Source: Caldisericia bacterium
GTDB lineage: Bacteria; Caldisericota; Caldisericia; JAAYUI01
Reading direction: 5' to 3'
DNA: 64,000 nt
NCBI GenBank assembly: GCA_963674785.1
Contig: OY771555.1
Span: forward strand, 800,001-864,000
In this document: positions 1 to 10,018 of the stretch, piece after piece
How the letters are laid out: every line of letters starts with the position of its first letter
Numbering within the stretch: the first letter of the stretch is position 1
Made by a program: the position numbers and the translations under genes
Notes under the pieces: model-generated
The model's database searches: none
What the model saw: only the letters and a program-made list of their open reading frames with translations
Told to the model about the DNA's origin: nothing

Positions 1-899
1 ATATCATCACAACAAAAATCGAGCACCCCGCAGTTTTGCAGACTGTGCAGTATCTTGAAAAGCATCACGGTGCAGAGGTAACATACCTTGATGTTGACAC
101 CGGCGGCAGAATAAATCTTGATGACCTTATCAGTTCCATCACAGAAAAAACCGCACTTGTCACAATTATGACAGCAAACAATGAAGTCGGCACAATCCAG
201 CCTATAGAAGAGATTGGAAAAATCTGTGCTGAAAAAGGTGTTTTATTTCATACTGATGCTGTTCAGGCTGCAGGCAAGATGCCATTTGATGTGAATAAAC
301 TTGGAATCTCACTTGCTGCCTTTTCTGCCCACAAGTTCTATGGACCAAAGGGTGTTGGTGCTCTTTACATCAAAAAAGGTGTCAGGCTTGACCCACAAAC
401 TACTGGCGGAGGTCAGGAGAAAAAATTCAGACCAGGAACCCTCAACACTCCAGGAATTGTTGGAATGGGCGAAGCAGCAAGGCTTGCCAGAGAAAACCTT
501 GATTCTCACACAGAACACGTGAAGGGTCTAAGGGACTATTTTGTCAGTAGATTAAAAGAAGAGATTCCACACCTTGTTTTTCATGGAGACCCTAAACATC
601 AGCTTCCACAGGTTGCAAGTGTTGGATTTTCATTTGTCGAAGGTGAAAGCACTTTGATGTTCCTTGATATGGATGGAAATATCCAGGCATCATCAGGCTC
701 GGCTTGCTCTGCCGGTGACCTTCACGCATCACATGTTTTGCTTGCAATGGGTGTAAGCCACGCATCAGCAAATGGAACAATCAGATTTTCATTTGGAAAA
801 GATAACACAAAAGAACAAGTGGATAAGGTTATGGAGGTGCTTCCTCCAATAATAACCAGACTCAGAAAAATGTCGCCACTTGCCCCAAAGGAGGAATAA
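1..899 (+). CDS. iscS: Cysteine desulfurase (IscS/NifS), 5' end outside window
   Basis: Motifs HTDAVQAAGK, SAHKFYGPKG (PLP Lys) and SSGSACS (catalytic Cys); adjacent to iscU. Confidence 0.95.
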   Translation, partial: IITTKIEHPAVLQTVQYLEKHHGAEVTYLDVDTGGRINLDDLISSITEKTALVTIMTANNEVGTIQPIEEIGKICAEKGVLFHTDAVQAAGKMPFDVNKLGISLAAFSAHKFYGPKGVGALYIKKGVRLDPQTTGGGQEKKFRPGTLNTPGIVGMGEAARLARENLDSHTEHVKGLRDYFVSRLKEEIPHLVFHGDPKHQLPQVASVGFSFVEGESTLMFLDMDGNIQASSGSACSAGDLHASHVLLAMGVSHASANGTIRFSFGKDNTKEQVDKVMEVLPPIITRLRKMSPLAPKEE

Positions 900-901
900 T
901 T

Positions 902-1324
902 ATGCCACAATACTCAGAAACGGTAATGGATCACTTTAGAAACCCAAGAAATGTTGGGGAGATTGAAAATGCAGATGGAAAAGGAATGATTGGCAATGCC
1001 GTCTGTGGTGACCAGATGCTCTTCAACATAAAAGTCGATGAAAAGGGAATCATAACTGATGTAAAATATAAGACATTCGGTTGTGGTGCAGCAATTGCTG
1101 TATCATCCATGATTTCAGAGATGGCCATCGGAAAACACATTGATGAGGCGCTTGATATCACTACAAAACAGGTTGCAGAAGAGCTTGGTGGGCTTCCAGC
1201 AAACAAAATGCACTGCTCAAACCTTGGAAGTGCAGCACTTGCAAGAGCAATCAATGACTACAAAAAGAAAAATGGACTTCCTTATGAAGAGGTAGCAGAC
1301 CCGGAGGAAGAACACGAACACTAA
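902..1324 (+). CDS. iscU: Fe-S cluster scaffold protein (IscU/NifU N-terminal type)
   Basis: YSETVMDHFRNPRNVG, GNAVCGD, FGCGAAIA, KMHCS; SD aggagg upstream. Confidence 0.95.
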   Translation: MPQYSETVMDHFRNPRNVGEIENADGKGMIGNAVCGDQMLFNIKVDEKGIITDVKYKTFGCGAAIAVSSMISEMAIGKHIDEALDITTKQVAEELGGLPANKMHCSNLGSAALARAINDYKKKNGLPYEEVADPEEEHEH

Positions 1325-1332
1325 AACACTCA

Positions 1333-1520
1333 CGTCATTCCCGCGCCCCTCTACATCATTCCCGTGCCCCTCTACGTCATTCCCGGCTTGACCGGGAATC
1401 CCCTTCCCACGTCATCCCGCACTTGATGCGGGATCCAGGGTTGCTTCTGTTTCCTGACTTACTTAAAGATTAACTCTTGATACTGGGCGAGCAACGTCTC
1501 CAGACTTAAAAATTAGGCCT
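1333..1520. repeat. REP cluster: 21-nt half-site tandem, two CGTC REPs and a degenerate REPIN spacer
   Basis: cgtcattcccgcgcccctcta-like unit x2; cgtcattcccggcttgaccgggaatcc; cgtcatcccgcacttgatgcgggatccaggg; downstream taactcttgat...ccagac matches the spacer at 38430-38520. Confidence 0.85.
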
Positions 1521-1557
1521 AAAAATCTTAGCAGTTTTTAATATAGAAATTTTTTAT

Positions 1558-1591
1558 AACCCACAGGGTTCTCTCATCCTGTGGGTTTTTT
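1558..1591 (+). terminator. Intrinsic terminator
   Basis: Stem aacccacagg/cctgtgggtt followed by a T run. Confidence 0.7.
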
Positions 1592-1656
1592 GGTGGACTC
1601 TTCTTATAAAAACTTCATGTTTTGTTATTTTTAATTTCTAGCATACAATATCATTA

Positions 1657-1824
1657 ATGAATGGCATCGACAGAAAATTCTGGCTAGCGTTTAAAAATGA
1701 AGAAAAAGACAAATCATTTATGCATCTTCACCTAACGCGAAAGAACGGAAAACTAAGATTTTGTGTGGGAGAAGCTACATTATTGATATGGTTTTTTGGT
1801 GCGCTGCTAGCAATTATCATATAA
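1657..1824 (+). CDS. Putative 55-aa small membrane protein (not in ORF track)
   Basis: MNGIDRKFWLAF...EATLLIWFFGALLAIII*; hydrophobic C-terminus; TACAAT 7 nt upstream of ATG. Confidence 0.35.
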   Translation: MNGIDRKFWLAFKNEEKDKSFMHLHLTRKNGKLRFCVGEATLLIWFFGALLAIII

Positions 1825-1961
1825 CTTTTGGTTTATATCAATGACAACATGAACCAGATGATTGAGCGACTACATAATGAGGTGATAAATAGTGTTGATA
1901 ACAATAACGGGATTTAATAACCAAAAACTTTTTATGGGTGTCTAATATTTAAAGGAGAGAA

Positions 1962-3395
1962 ATGAGAAATAGATTAACGACATTATCTGTTTTGGTAGTT
2001 ACGAGTTTGGTTTTATATTTTGCTTTATCGGGATTTATATGTGAAATTCCATTTAACCCGCAGGAGGCAAATGCAGGGATTACTTCCTGCACCATAAGTA
2101 TCAAAAACCTCGATATGAAAATGGACTCTTTTGGGTTTCCACATATTTGTTACCTTGATAAGGCTGATAATGACAAAATTGGTATTTTTTATCTCAAATG
2201 GAATGGAAGGAATTGGAAAACTCTTACTGGGAAGAATCTAACGGATTTAGAAAATCTTGAGCCTATACAAACATTTACAGATATAAGATTCCTCAATTTT
2301 GACTTAGACACTGCAAACAAGCCTCATTTCGCCTGGTTTGATGGTGATAGATCTATAATATATTCAAAATGGGTCAAGAATGAGCTATCAAGTGACCCAG
2401 CAAATTCTATAGATATTTCAGTCAAAAATCCTGATGGGGAGGCCAGAGAGTTAAGAGAATTGTCATTTTCTCTTGATAATCACGGGATTCCTTATATTGC
2501 TTGGGTTGAATCAACTGCAATTGATAACATCTTTCTTCTAAAAAAAGTTAATCGCTCATGGATTGGTTATGAGGGAAGCACACCAAAGAACTTGTTGCCA
2601 TTATTTGTGAGGGAAAACCTTTGGGAGGAGAGGGATTTTAGAATCTCAGACATTGAGATTCATTTTGATTGTCTCAATCATCTTTTTCTCTTCTATTTGG
2701 ATGATCACATCCCAGCATACATTAAGATTTTTGGTGACGAACTGTTTTTTCCGATTCAATTCCTAAGTAGAAATACTGACTATGAGTACGAAGATGAGGT
2801 TATCTCAAGAGATTCAAAACTTGCATGTGCAATCAATCAAGTTGGAAACCCACATGTAATGTATGAAGCACAGACAAGGTATGAACCGACATTGTTCAAT
2901 ATGATGATTTTAATTGTGGATAATGGAAAAGATTTTATAAGCCCAAACCCGAGTGACCCCATTTTGCAAGAAAATGAAAACCAGATAATGAACACTTTCT
3001 ACACCACAAAATTCAAAGATGGTGAGGTTTTTGAGGATGAGATCGCCAAAATATCAGATATTGCTACTGATAATCATGGAACTACTCACATTGTTTGGAG
3101 TAAAAGGGGTTTGGATTCTGGTAGAATTCCTGAGATTGGATATGCAAAAACAAAGGGGGAGCAAGTGGTTTGTTTTGATGGAAGCAAATGGGACTCAAAG
3201 AAGGTTAACATTTCAAAATCAAAAACAACAATCTCTATAAACCCAAAGATAGAACTTGATAAGGCTGGATATCCAAACATATGTTGGATTGAAAAACCAA
3301 AAAATGCGAGACTTAGTTCGAGTGAAAAATACAGAAGCACCTTATGCTTCATGAGATGGAATGGCAAGGGTTGGGTTGTCCTTTCAGGAAAATAG
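1962..3395 (+). CDS. Secreted Trp-rich repeat (probable beta-propeller) protein
   Basis: N-terminal signal/TM; repeats of LDxxGxPHIxW...YxKWNGxxW; SD aaggag. Confidence 0.8.
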   Translation: MRNRLTTLSVLVVTSLVLYFALSGFICEIPFNPQEANAGITSCTISIKNLDMKMDSFGFPHICYLDKADNDKIGIFYLKWNGRNWKTLTGKNLTDLENLEPIQTFTDIRFLNFDLDTANKPHFAWFDGDRSIIYSKWVKNELSSDPANSIDISVKNPDGEARELRELSFSLDNHGIPYIAWVESTAIDNIFLLKKVNRSWIGYEGSTPKNLLPLFVRENLWEERDFRISDIEIHFDCLNHLFLFYLDDHIPAYIKIFGDELFFPIQFLSRNTDYEYEDEVISRDSKLACAINQVGNPHVMYEAQTRYEPTLFNMMILIVDNGKDFISPNPSDPILQENENQIMNTFYTTKFKDGEVFEDEIAKISDIATDNHGTTHIVWSKRGLDSGRIPEIGYAKTKGEQVVCFDGSKWDSKKVNISKSKTTISINPKIELDKAGYPNICWIEKPKNARLSSSEKYRSTLCFMRWNGKGWVVLSGK

Positions 3396-3450
3396 CAATC
3401 CAACTCATTGAAAACATCCAAAAACAATATAGAATAACTCTGGTGAAAAA

Positions 3451-5040
3451 ATGGGGAAAATAAAAAGAATAACTATATTGGTGATTGTTTTTGTAGTATT
3501 AGTCATGCCGATTTCTTTGAGGGAAGACAGTTTTGCAATGAAGATGGCGAAATTGACACCAGGCAATGCAAACATCACACACAACAAACTCAACCAGGGA
3601 GAGTATTCATTTGCACTTGACAGCAAAGGTTTCCCACATGTTGTCTGGATAAATGGGATTCCTGAAAACATGGAAGAATACCTGACTGTAAGATACATCA
3701 GGTGGGATGGAGAAAACTGGGTTTGTATTGATGGCAGCCCATATGTCCCCGGTATCTCTGAGGAAAATGACAGGTCAATTGTAAATAATATTGAGAAAAA
3801 CTGTATTGACCCACAGATAGTTATTGATGCGGATGATAATCCACATCTGACTTGGGCTGAGCCTTGTAAAAACCTGGAACTGGAAACTTATACGTGGAAT
3901 ATTATCTATGTAAAGGGGTTTGGCAACCAATGGGTTTGTATGGATGGAAGTATCTTTGACCCCGATGATATGACAACTGATAATCCATCTGTTGTAAGTG
4001 TCCATAATGAAATAGCCTTTGAACCCAGATTAAAAATTGATAATGAAGGTAACCCACATATCCTATGGAAAAGTTATGGAGATTTTGATAAAGAATACAC
4101 ACATTTCCCTGTCGGTTTGATGTATGTTAAACAAAAGAAATCGAGATGGGTTACAGTAAATGGAGAAGAATACAAAAGCCCAAATGTTGTCGCTGGAAAT
4201 CCTGCTGTTGTCTGTGTTGGATTGTATTCGTCATATTGGCTTGATGTTGACCACCATTTTTGTCTGGATAGCAAAAACAGACCACATATCTGCTGGGATA
4301 ACGGGTTGCCACAAAAGGAATGTAAGGATGGATACTGCTATTATACCTGGGTTCCAGATGTGTTTTATTCACACTGGGATGGAAAAGATTGGGTTGATGC
4401 TGGAGGCATCAAATATGATAAAAGCAGTACTGAAAGGGGGAACGTGAGCAAGAATGATACCCCTTCATGTAGCCCGTTCGTAACACTTGATGAAGATGAT
4501 AACGCCCATCTTGTTTGGTATGATTATGTTTCTGAGGGCAGAATAGTTATTGCTTATGCGAAATGGAACGGGAAAAAATGGGTAACCACAATCAATACAA
4601 AATTCAGTGGGAATAACCTTTTTGATGGAAGTCCATCTGTAATTGACAAAACAAAATATTCAAAAAAACCTAGTCTATGCATCGATTCTACAAATAATCC
4701 TGTGGTTTCATGGGTTGGAAAAAACGAAGAAGAATCATATGAGGATTTTTATCTGATCAGATGGAATGGAAAAAAATGGGAAGATATCAACAGAGAAATA
4801 TATGAAAAAAATGATTTAACATCAGATCCATCAAACATCAGCAGAAGTTACAACATTCAACTTGAGACAAATTTCTGTCTCGATCAAAGTGATAATCCTC
4901 ATTGCCTCTGGCTCGAGGGTGCTTCTTCCAAGTCTAGTAGTTGCTATGGGATTTACGGGGATCTCTACTACATCCGCTGGGATGGAGAGAATTGGGTGAA
5001 TGCGTCTGGAGATGTTTATGAGCCGGTGGTTGAGGAATAG
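3451..5040 (+). CDS. Secreted Trp-rich repeat (probable beta-propeller) protein
   Basis: Signal peptide; about 7 repeats of LDSxxxPHxxW...YxRWDGxxWV. Confidence 0.85.
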   Translation: MGKIKRITILVIVFVVLVMPISLREDSFAMKMAKLTPGNANITHNKLNQGEYSFALDSKGFPHVVWINGIPENMEEYLTVRYIRWDGENWVCIDGSPYVPGISEENDRSIVNNIEKNCIDPQIVIDADDNPHLTWAEPCKNLELETYTWNIIYVKGFGNQWVCMDGSIFDPDDMTTDNPSVVSVHNEIAFEPRLKIDNEGNPHILWKSYGDFDKEYTHFPVGLMYVKQKKSRWVTVNGEEYKSPNVVAGNPAVVCVGLYSSYWLDVDHHFCLDSKNRPHICWDNGLPQKECKDGYCYYTWVPDVFYSHWDGKDWVDAGGIKYDKSSTERGNVSKNDTPSCSPFVTLDEDDNAHLVWYDYVSEGRIVIAYAKWNGKKWVTTINTKFSGNNLFDGSPSVIDKTKYSKKPSLCIDSTNNPVVSWVGKNEEESYEDFYLIRWNGKKWEDINREIYEKNDLTSDPSNISRSYNIQLETNFCLDQSDNPHCLWLEGASSKSSSCYGIYGDLYYIRWDGENWVNASGDVYEPVVEE

Positions 5041-5079
5041 AGAAGCTTATATCTTTCCCGTCACACCGCACCCTCTCTC

Positions 5080-5230
5080 CGTCACCCCGGGCGAAGACCC
5101 GGGGTCTAGGGTATAAAAGATCGTATTTGTTTTTGTCTGGTGAAGTAGTCCCTCTCTCAGTAAAAATTATTGAATAAATAATTCATACATCAAGAGTAAC
5201 CCTGGATTTCGGGTCAAGCCCGGAATGACA
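5080..5230 (+). mobile_element. REPIN/MITE-like doublet, copy 1
   Basis: cgtcaccccgggcgaagacccggggtctaggg + ~90-bp conserved spacer + inverted cctggatttcgggtcaagcccggaatgac. Confidence 0.85.
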
Positions 5231-5320
5231 AAGGGTGTGGGATTGCATTCCTGTAAAACTTTTTTGAAACAAAACCCCCATCTCTTCTGTAATACTAGCA
5301 TACCATTTACTGGAGGAGAG

Positions 5321-6621
5321 ATGAGAAACAAACTGGGGATTACTCTTGTGCTTGTTTTATGTGTTGTGGCTGGGTTTTTTGTGGGGTGTGATATCGAAGA
5401 AACATCCCAAGTAAAAGATGTGAAAATGATTGTGGCTAAGTTCAATCGAGTTGGTTACGACAGATATGGAAGACCGCTTTCGGGAGATAATACTAACACG
5501 ATTAATGGTGTATTAGCCAATGATGAGATAAACAAATATGATAAATCCACGACAAAGGATGGTCACTATCCAATAGCAATTATTGACGAAAACGGAAACA
5601 TCTATTTTGTTGATGAAAAGGACACAACAACTTTTTGGGGAAAGGTCGAAGACACCTTTTTATACAGAAAATTCAAAGAAAAATCTTTTTGGGGAGAGGG
5701 TGTTGTAAGGATAAACACCTTAGATAAACCATGGATCAAGAATGGTCGATATATCCAAGGAGTATTTCATCACAAAATTGTAGATTCAGTTGAAAACTCC
5801 GAGTGGATAGAGGTTGAAAATCCAAATAATGAGTTAATATTCGTATTTATGAACCGGAAGAAAACTCGACAGATGAGGAGCAAGAAGGTGGAATCTTCTT
5901 CCCTTGGCAAAAGGATGGAGAAGAAATCTGGGGAAGAGCAGATGGGGAAGAGTCTTCAAAAATTGAACTCAAAGATGGCATATTCTTCCCTTGGCAGAAT
6001 GATGGCGAATCCTTGTGGCATGAGGAGGGTGATGACAAGAAATCCTCAAAGATTGAAAAATATATCGCAACAAGGTTCGCACCAGTCGGATATAGTTCGA
6101 GTGACATGGAACAATATCCAGATAAAGAAAGGACATTTGAAGCGGGAGGGACATATACGGGTTTTGGTCGAAGTGTTTCTGTTCCTCCTTATAATTTGAT
6201 TTTTAGAGATAAAAACTTCAACCATATCATAAAGAACTCCAAAGGTGATGTTTTCTGGACTGAACCAAAACAAGTACACATATCACCTGAGGAAGAGCTC
6301 TATTGGGTGACCTTTGAAATTGATAGAAACAAAAGAGACCACGTCACAGAAATTCATTCATTTCAAAATGTTGATAAGCAGTTAGAATTTTTTATTGCTG
6401 GTATCAGATGTATCATCTACCCAAGAGATTCGTATGGAGAGAAAGAACATCCACCTTTTATTACAGAAATAAGCAAAGAAACTGCAAATGAATGTAACTT
6501 TGCCTCAATCAATATTGAATATATTGAATCATTTGAGATCGATGGGGGCACTATTAAATTTAAGGAGTGTTTCTCAACTGGTGACATGACACCATTTCCA
6601 TCCTTTTATAAGGTTGATTAG
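5321..6621 (+). pseudogene. Frameshifted lipoprotein (one gene split near 5846-5850)
   Basis: SD ggagga, lipobox FVGC; the protein-like reading switches frame at gta-ttt-atg-aac to YEPEENS...GIFFPWQ x2 and continues into ORF 6013..6621. Confidence 0.7.
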
Positions 6622-6629
6622 AGATTGCT

Positions 6630-7013
6630 ATGAAGTGGTATAAAAATAGACAAAACATTTTGCTTTTGCTGGTTGCTTTGATTCTTCTTACCTCTGGATT
6701 ATTTACAGCTCATGAAAATCAAGATAATGATGATGCAGTTTTTGTCACTGTGAGATGGGCGCAAAACGGTAAAATCTGGAATGGAGACCAGATATTATAT
6801 CCTGATCCACGGGGCGATCCGTGGTCCCAGGAGAATAAATCAGGTGTAAAGCCTGTGGAACCGATTATTTTTGAGGAAACAGATCACAAAGTTGAGATAA
6901 ATGGAGTAATGTTTTCATTTTGGGAGGATGAGAATGGCTATATGTGGTTCAGAAAAGCAAGCCAAATGTACCCGACTCACGAACACCAGGATTCCAAATC
7001 AAGCCCGGAATAA
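6630..7013 (+). CDS. Small exported hypothetical protein
   Basis: N-terminal hydrophobic signal; follows the previous gene by 8 nt. Confidence 0.65.
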   Translation: MKWYKNRQNILLLLVALILLTSGLFTAHENQDNDDAVFVTVRWAQNGKIWNGDQILYPDPRGDPWSQENKSGVKPVEPIIFEETDHKVEINGVMFSFWEDENGYMWFRKASQMYPTHEHQDSKSSPE

Positions 7014-7017
7014 CGGG

Positions 7018-7075
7018 TTTAAAAACCCTCCCTGACAGGGAGGGATGGTGACGAAGTCACCAGGGAGGGTTAAAA
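7018..7075. repeat. CCCTCCC-type composite palindrome
   Basis: ccctccctgacagggaggg-atggtgacgaagtcacca-gggagggttaaa; near reverse-complement copy at 29935-29991, partial copy at 52121-52150. Confidence 0.8.
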
Positions 7076-7141
7076 GATTTTCTGAGAACCAGGTCTTTCC
7101 TGTTCCCCGCACACTCTCTCTGTCGCCCCACACCCTCCCTC

Positions 7142-7291
7142 CGTCACCCCGGGCGAAGACCCGGGGTCTAGGGCACAAAAAAGCGTATTTGTTTTTGTCT
7201 GGTAAAATGATTTGACCAACATCAATAATTGCTGAATAAAAATTCATACATCAAAAGCAACCCTGGATTCCCGATCAAGTCGGGAATGACG
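7142..7291 (+). mobile_element. REPIN/MITE-like doublet, copy 2
   Basis: Same left REP as 5080, homologous spacer, right REP cctggattcccgatcaagtcgggaatgacg. Confidence 0.85.
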
Positions 7292-7297
7292 AGGGAT

Positions 7298-7370
7298 GGG
7301 ATTCCGGGTCACACTTCGGCACGTAGGTAAACTCAGTGTAAACCGAGCTCAGTGACCGCCCGGAATGATG
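7298..7370. repeat. REP with nested loop insertions
   Basis: attccgggtca[cacttcggcac(gtaggtaaactcagtgtaaacc)gagctcagtgacc]gcccggaatga. Confidence 0.8.
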
Positions 7371-7432
7371 GATCGGGAGTTTAACATGATATTATCGTGT
7401 GGATAAATGGGGTGGAAAAATGTCGCAATTCT

Positions 7433-8431
7433 TTACGTATTCACCTCAGTTGGATAATATCTCATTTCAGCGTATGTGTGTTTGAAACCCATTCTCTCAT
7501 AGAGCCTTTTTGCGGGGTTGTTTTCCTCAACATGCAAGTAAACATCACCCTTTGTTATCTCAAGGGCATGATTCATTATTTGTTGTCCGATGCCTGCACC
7601 TCTCTCTGAACTATCAACACCAATAAAAAGAAGGCAATAACCGGGGATGTAGTTTTTCATTCCAGTTGCAAGCATGACAAGTGCACCAACAATCTGCCCA
7701 TCATTTTTAGCTAAGATTATGAACCCACCCTTGTCAGGTTTTCCAGTTAATGAATCCTTGATTCCCTGTTTGGTATAATCAGTCGAATCATCAAATGGTT
7801 CCATGTGTTCACAAAGAAATTTTGCAAGCTCATCAGAAGAGATATGTTTTTCGAGTTGAGAAAGTGATTCCACCTTAACAAGCTCAATATCAGTTTTCTC
7901 TGGTCTTAAAACCCTGTTTATGTCTGTTTCTGGTGTTGGTTCGGGTTCCGTGATATCACCGGTTGCAATGATTGGAGCAGCCCTAATATCCTCTGCTTCA
8001 ATCAAATTGTTCATCCGTTGAAATGAAGCCAAAATCATATTTTTTTGCCATTCATCAACGCTTTTTAGTTCTTCAAGCAAAATGTTTTGTAAAAGTGCAG
8101 GGTTGTTAGAAAGAATCTCATATCCAGCCTCTGCCAGTGAAACGATTCTGTCAGATTCAAGCTCTGACCCTTCCTCTATTTTTAAGATATCAATCCGGAC
8201 TAATCTGTCTATAATTTCTCTGACAACCTTTTTCGAAAGATCAAGCCGATTGCCGATAACTGATTCCTTCAAGGTTTCTTCATTTTTCAGCTCTTGCAAT
8301 ACAACAAGCTGAGCAACAGTTACTCCGTGCTTTTCTGCCAGTTTTGTTGAGTGTTTATCAACTGCCCGAATGAATCTTCGGATCTCAATTAATAAATCTG
8401 TTTCCTGGTCGTCGATGGATTCAATGCTCAT
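7433..8431 (-). CDS. MarR-family regulator fused to GNAT acetyltransferase
   Basis: N-terminal wHTH (GVTVAQLVVLQEL...IIDRL...DRIVSL); C-terminal acetyl-CoA motif ERGAGIG and NPAKRLYERMGF. Confidence 0.85.
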   Translation of the reverse strand: MSIESIDDQETDLLIEIRRFIRAVDKHSTKLAEKHGVTVAQLVVLQELKNEETLKESVIGNRLDLSKKVVREIIDRLVRIDILKIEEGSELESDRIVSLAEAGYEILSNNPALLQNILLEELKSVDEWQKNMILASFQRMNNLIEAEDIRAAPIIATGDITEPEPTPETDINRVLRPEKTDIELVKVESLSQLEKHISSDELAKFLCEHMEPFDDSTDYTKQGIKDSLTGKPDKGGFIILAKNDGQIVGALVMLATGMKNYIPGYCLLFIGVDSSERGAGIGQQIMNHALEITKGDVYLHVEENNPAKRLYERMGFKHTYAEMRYYPTEVNT

Positions 8432-8544
8432 AGTAAGTCCCCCTAACTACGGGATCACATTGTAACACATTAAAAACACTGTTTATTAAACTATCTTAAA
8501 TTCAATATTTTTTGGGGTTGTGGGTCTTGCCAGCACCATTCTCC

Positions 8545-8756
8545 CATCATCATTCCCAGTTCCTCCCCGTCATCCGGTCTTTCCTCCCTTGTTATTCCCA
8601 GCTTGACCGGGAATCTCTATCCCTCGTCATCCCAGGGATTGCTGAGTGTGCCGAAGTATGATTGGACGTCTCCCTCCCCCGTCATTCCTGCCTTTACCTC
8701 CCCGTCATTTCCGTCTCCTTCCCCCCGTCATTCCGCACTTGATGCGGAATCCAGGG
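8545..8756. repeat. REP cluster with ~21-nt decaying half-site array, ending in an intact REP facing the next gene
   Basis: Several cgtcatt... units; terminal cgtcattccgcacttgatgcggaatccaggg at 8726-8756. Confidence 0.85.
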
Positions 8757-8836
8757 TTTATAAATGTCGCATTAGACAATGGGTGGGGTTTGTTATAGAA
8801 TGGTTGCTTGAGAGTTTGGAGTATAAATAAGGAGGA

Positions 8837-9430
8837 ATGATGGAGAATCATGATGAAAAGGTAGAAAAAACTTTACCAAAGCTAGATCTAGGTACTGATA
8901 TATTTGAAGCCTTTACCTCTTTACCCAATCTTATTGCTGTTGGAAAAAAAGCTTTTGATATTGGTACAAAAGTAAAAGAATGGCGAGAATATAGAAATAT
9001 CCAAGGATTGTTGTCGCAAACAACAATCGCTTCGGAGAGAGCAAAAACTTGTTTTAAGGAAAAACTCAAAGATCCAAAGTTTGTCGAAAAAACAATGTGT
9101 AGGCTTTTAGTGATTGTTAAGGGTTTTGACCAAGACGAAAAATCGATTTTTTGTGGAAAGGTATTTATTCACTATCTTGAGGAAAAGATAAACATTGATG
9201 ATTTTTGGGAAATTATTTATGCACTTGAAAAATGTTACTTTGATGATCTGAGATTGTTGAATGAAAACACAAATGAAAAATTCCAACCTGATTGGGAAAA
9301 ATTTAATAGACAAAATCAACAAGTATATTCAAGGCTTGTCGGTGCTGGAATTTTTGGTGTGAATGTATACGATGGATCAATGTCTAGAATAGGCTCTAGA
9401 ATAATTCACATTATGAGAGACGTTCTATAG
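8837..9430 (+). CDS. Hypothetical accessory protein, possibly DUF4393/Abi-alpha-like
   Basis: AT-rich ORF with SD aaggagg; helical segment LLVIVKGFDQDEKSIFCGKVFIHYLEEKINIDDF resembles island/phage proteins (recollection, not a search). Confidence 0.65.
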   Translation: MMENHDEKVEKTLPKLDLGTDIFEAFTSLPNLIAVGKKAFDIGTKVKEWREYRNIQGLLSQTTIASERAKTCFKEKLKDPKFVEKTMCRLLVIVKGFDQDEKSIFCGKVFIHYLEEKINIDDFWEIIYALEKCYFDDLRLLNENTNEKFQPDWEKFNRQNQQVYSRLVGAGIFGVNVYDGSMSRIGSRIIHIMRDVL

Positions 9431-9447
9431 CCTTTCATCTCCAAACT

Positions 9448-9555
9448 CCTGGATTCCCGATCAAGTCGGGAATGACAAGATGGAGAGTGTGAGGAATGCG
9501 TAAAGAAGAGTAGGAATGATCGTGGGAGATACCCAGGAGGACAAGACATGACTGA
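9448..9555. repeat. Inverted REP plus decaying half-site tail
   Basis: cctggattcccgatcaagtcgggaatgac followed by degenerate ggaatga-like units. Confidence 0.8.
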
Positions 9556-9579
9556 GGAGTGCTACGCAAGCTGGAGTAG

Positions 9580-10017
9580 TTACCTCAACTCCGGAATCTC
9601 CTGCGGCAGATTAATCTTTACAAACCTTCCCTTGCTCTTTGCAACCAGATTTTCGCCATCATCAAGATCAACAATCTCTGCTTCAGTTTCAATAACCCTG
9701 CCACGTTCAGAAACAATTTTTCCTGTGATTTTGATATTTCTGCCAACCCTTAAAGGTGCTACAAATCTGACAGTCATCTCGGCTGTCACAACAGTTGCAT
9801 CTCGGTGTCTGAAGATTGCGTGAGACATAGCCTCATCAAGCATTGTTGAGACTATCCCACCGTGGATGATGTCATCCCACCCCTGGTGTTTTTTTTCTGT
9901 GACAAAGAGTGCCTCAACAGAATCATCAAGCGTTGCAAACCTTAGGTGAAGTCCGTCTTTGTTTTGCTCACCACATGCAAAACAGTTTGAGTCAGTTCCA
10001 GTATAATTTTTATCCAT
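9580..10017 (-). CDS. PaaI-family hotdog-fold thioesterase
   Basis: CFACG..N..GL, HQGWDDIIHGGIVSTMLDE. Confidence 0.9.
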   Translation of the reverse strand: MDKNYTGTDSNCFACGEQNKDGLHLRFATLDDSVEALFVTEKKHQGWDDIIHGGIVSTMLDEAMSHAIFRHRDATVVTAEMTVRFVAPLRVGRNIKITGKIVSERGRVIETEAEIVDLDDGENLVAKSKGRFVKINLPQEIPELR

Positions 10018-10018
10018 T

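Noticed and set aside
1478-1591. Riboswitch upstream of the terminator
   Set aside because: No recognisable aptamer consensus; the segment aligns with the decayed REPIN spacer
5849-6199. C-terminal part of ORF 5225..6199 as real protein
   Set aside because: Out-of-frame read-through after the frameshift; the alternative frame carries the repeated protein motif
6999-7247. Short ORFs over repeat clusters (also 5167..5445, 8603..8830, 29513..29761, 51479..51673, 51890..52072)
   Set aside because: Translations of REP/REPIN DNA; frames and stops are not conserved among copies
8726-9476. Classical integron attC cassettes
   Set aside because: Flanks are inverted CGTC REPs, not directly oriented RYYYAAC...GTTRRRY sites; no integrase seen
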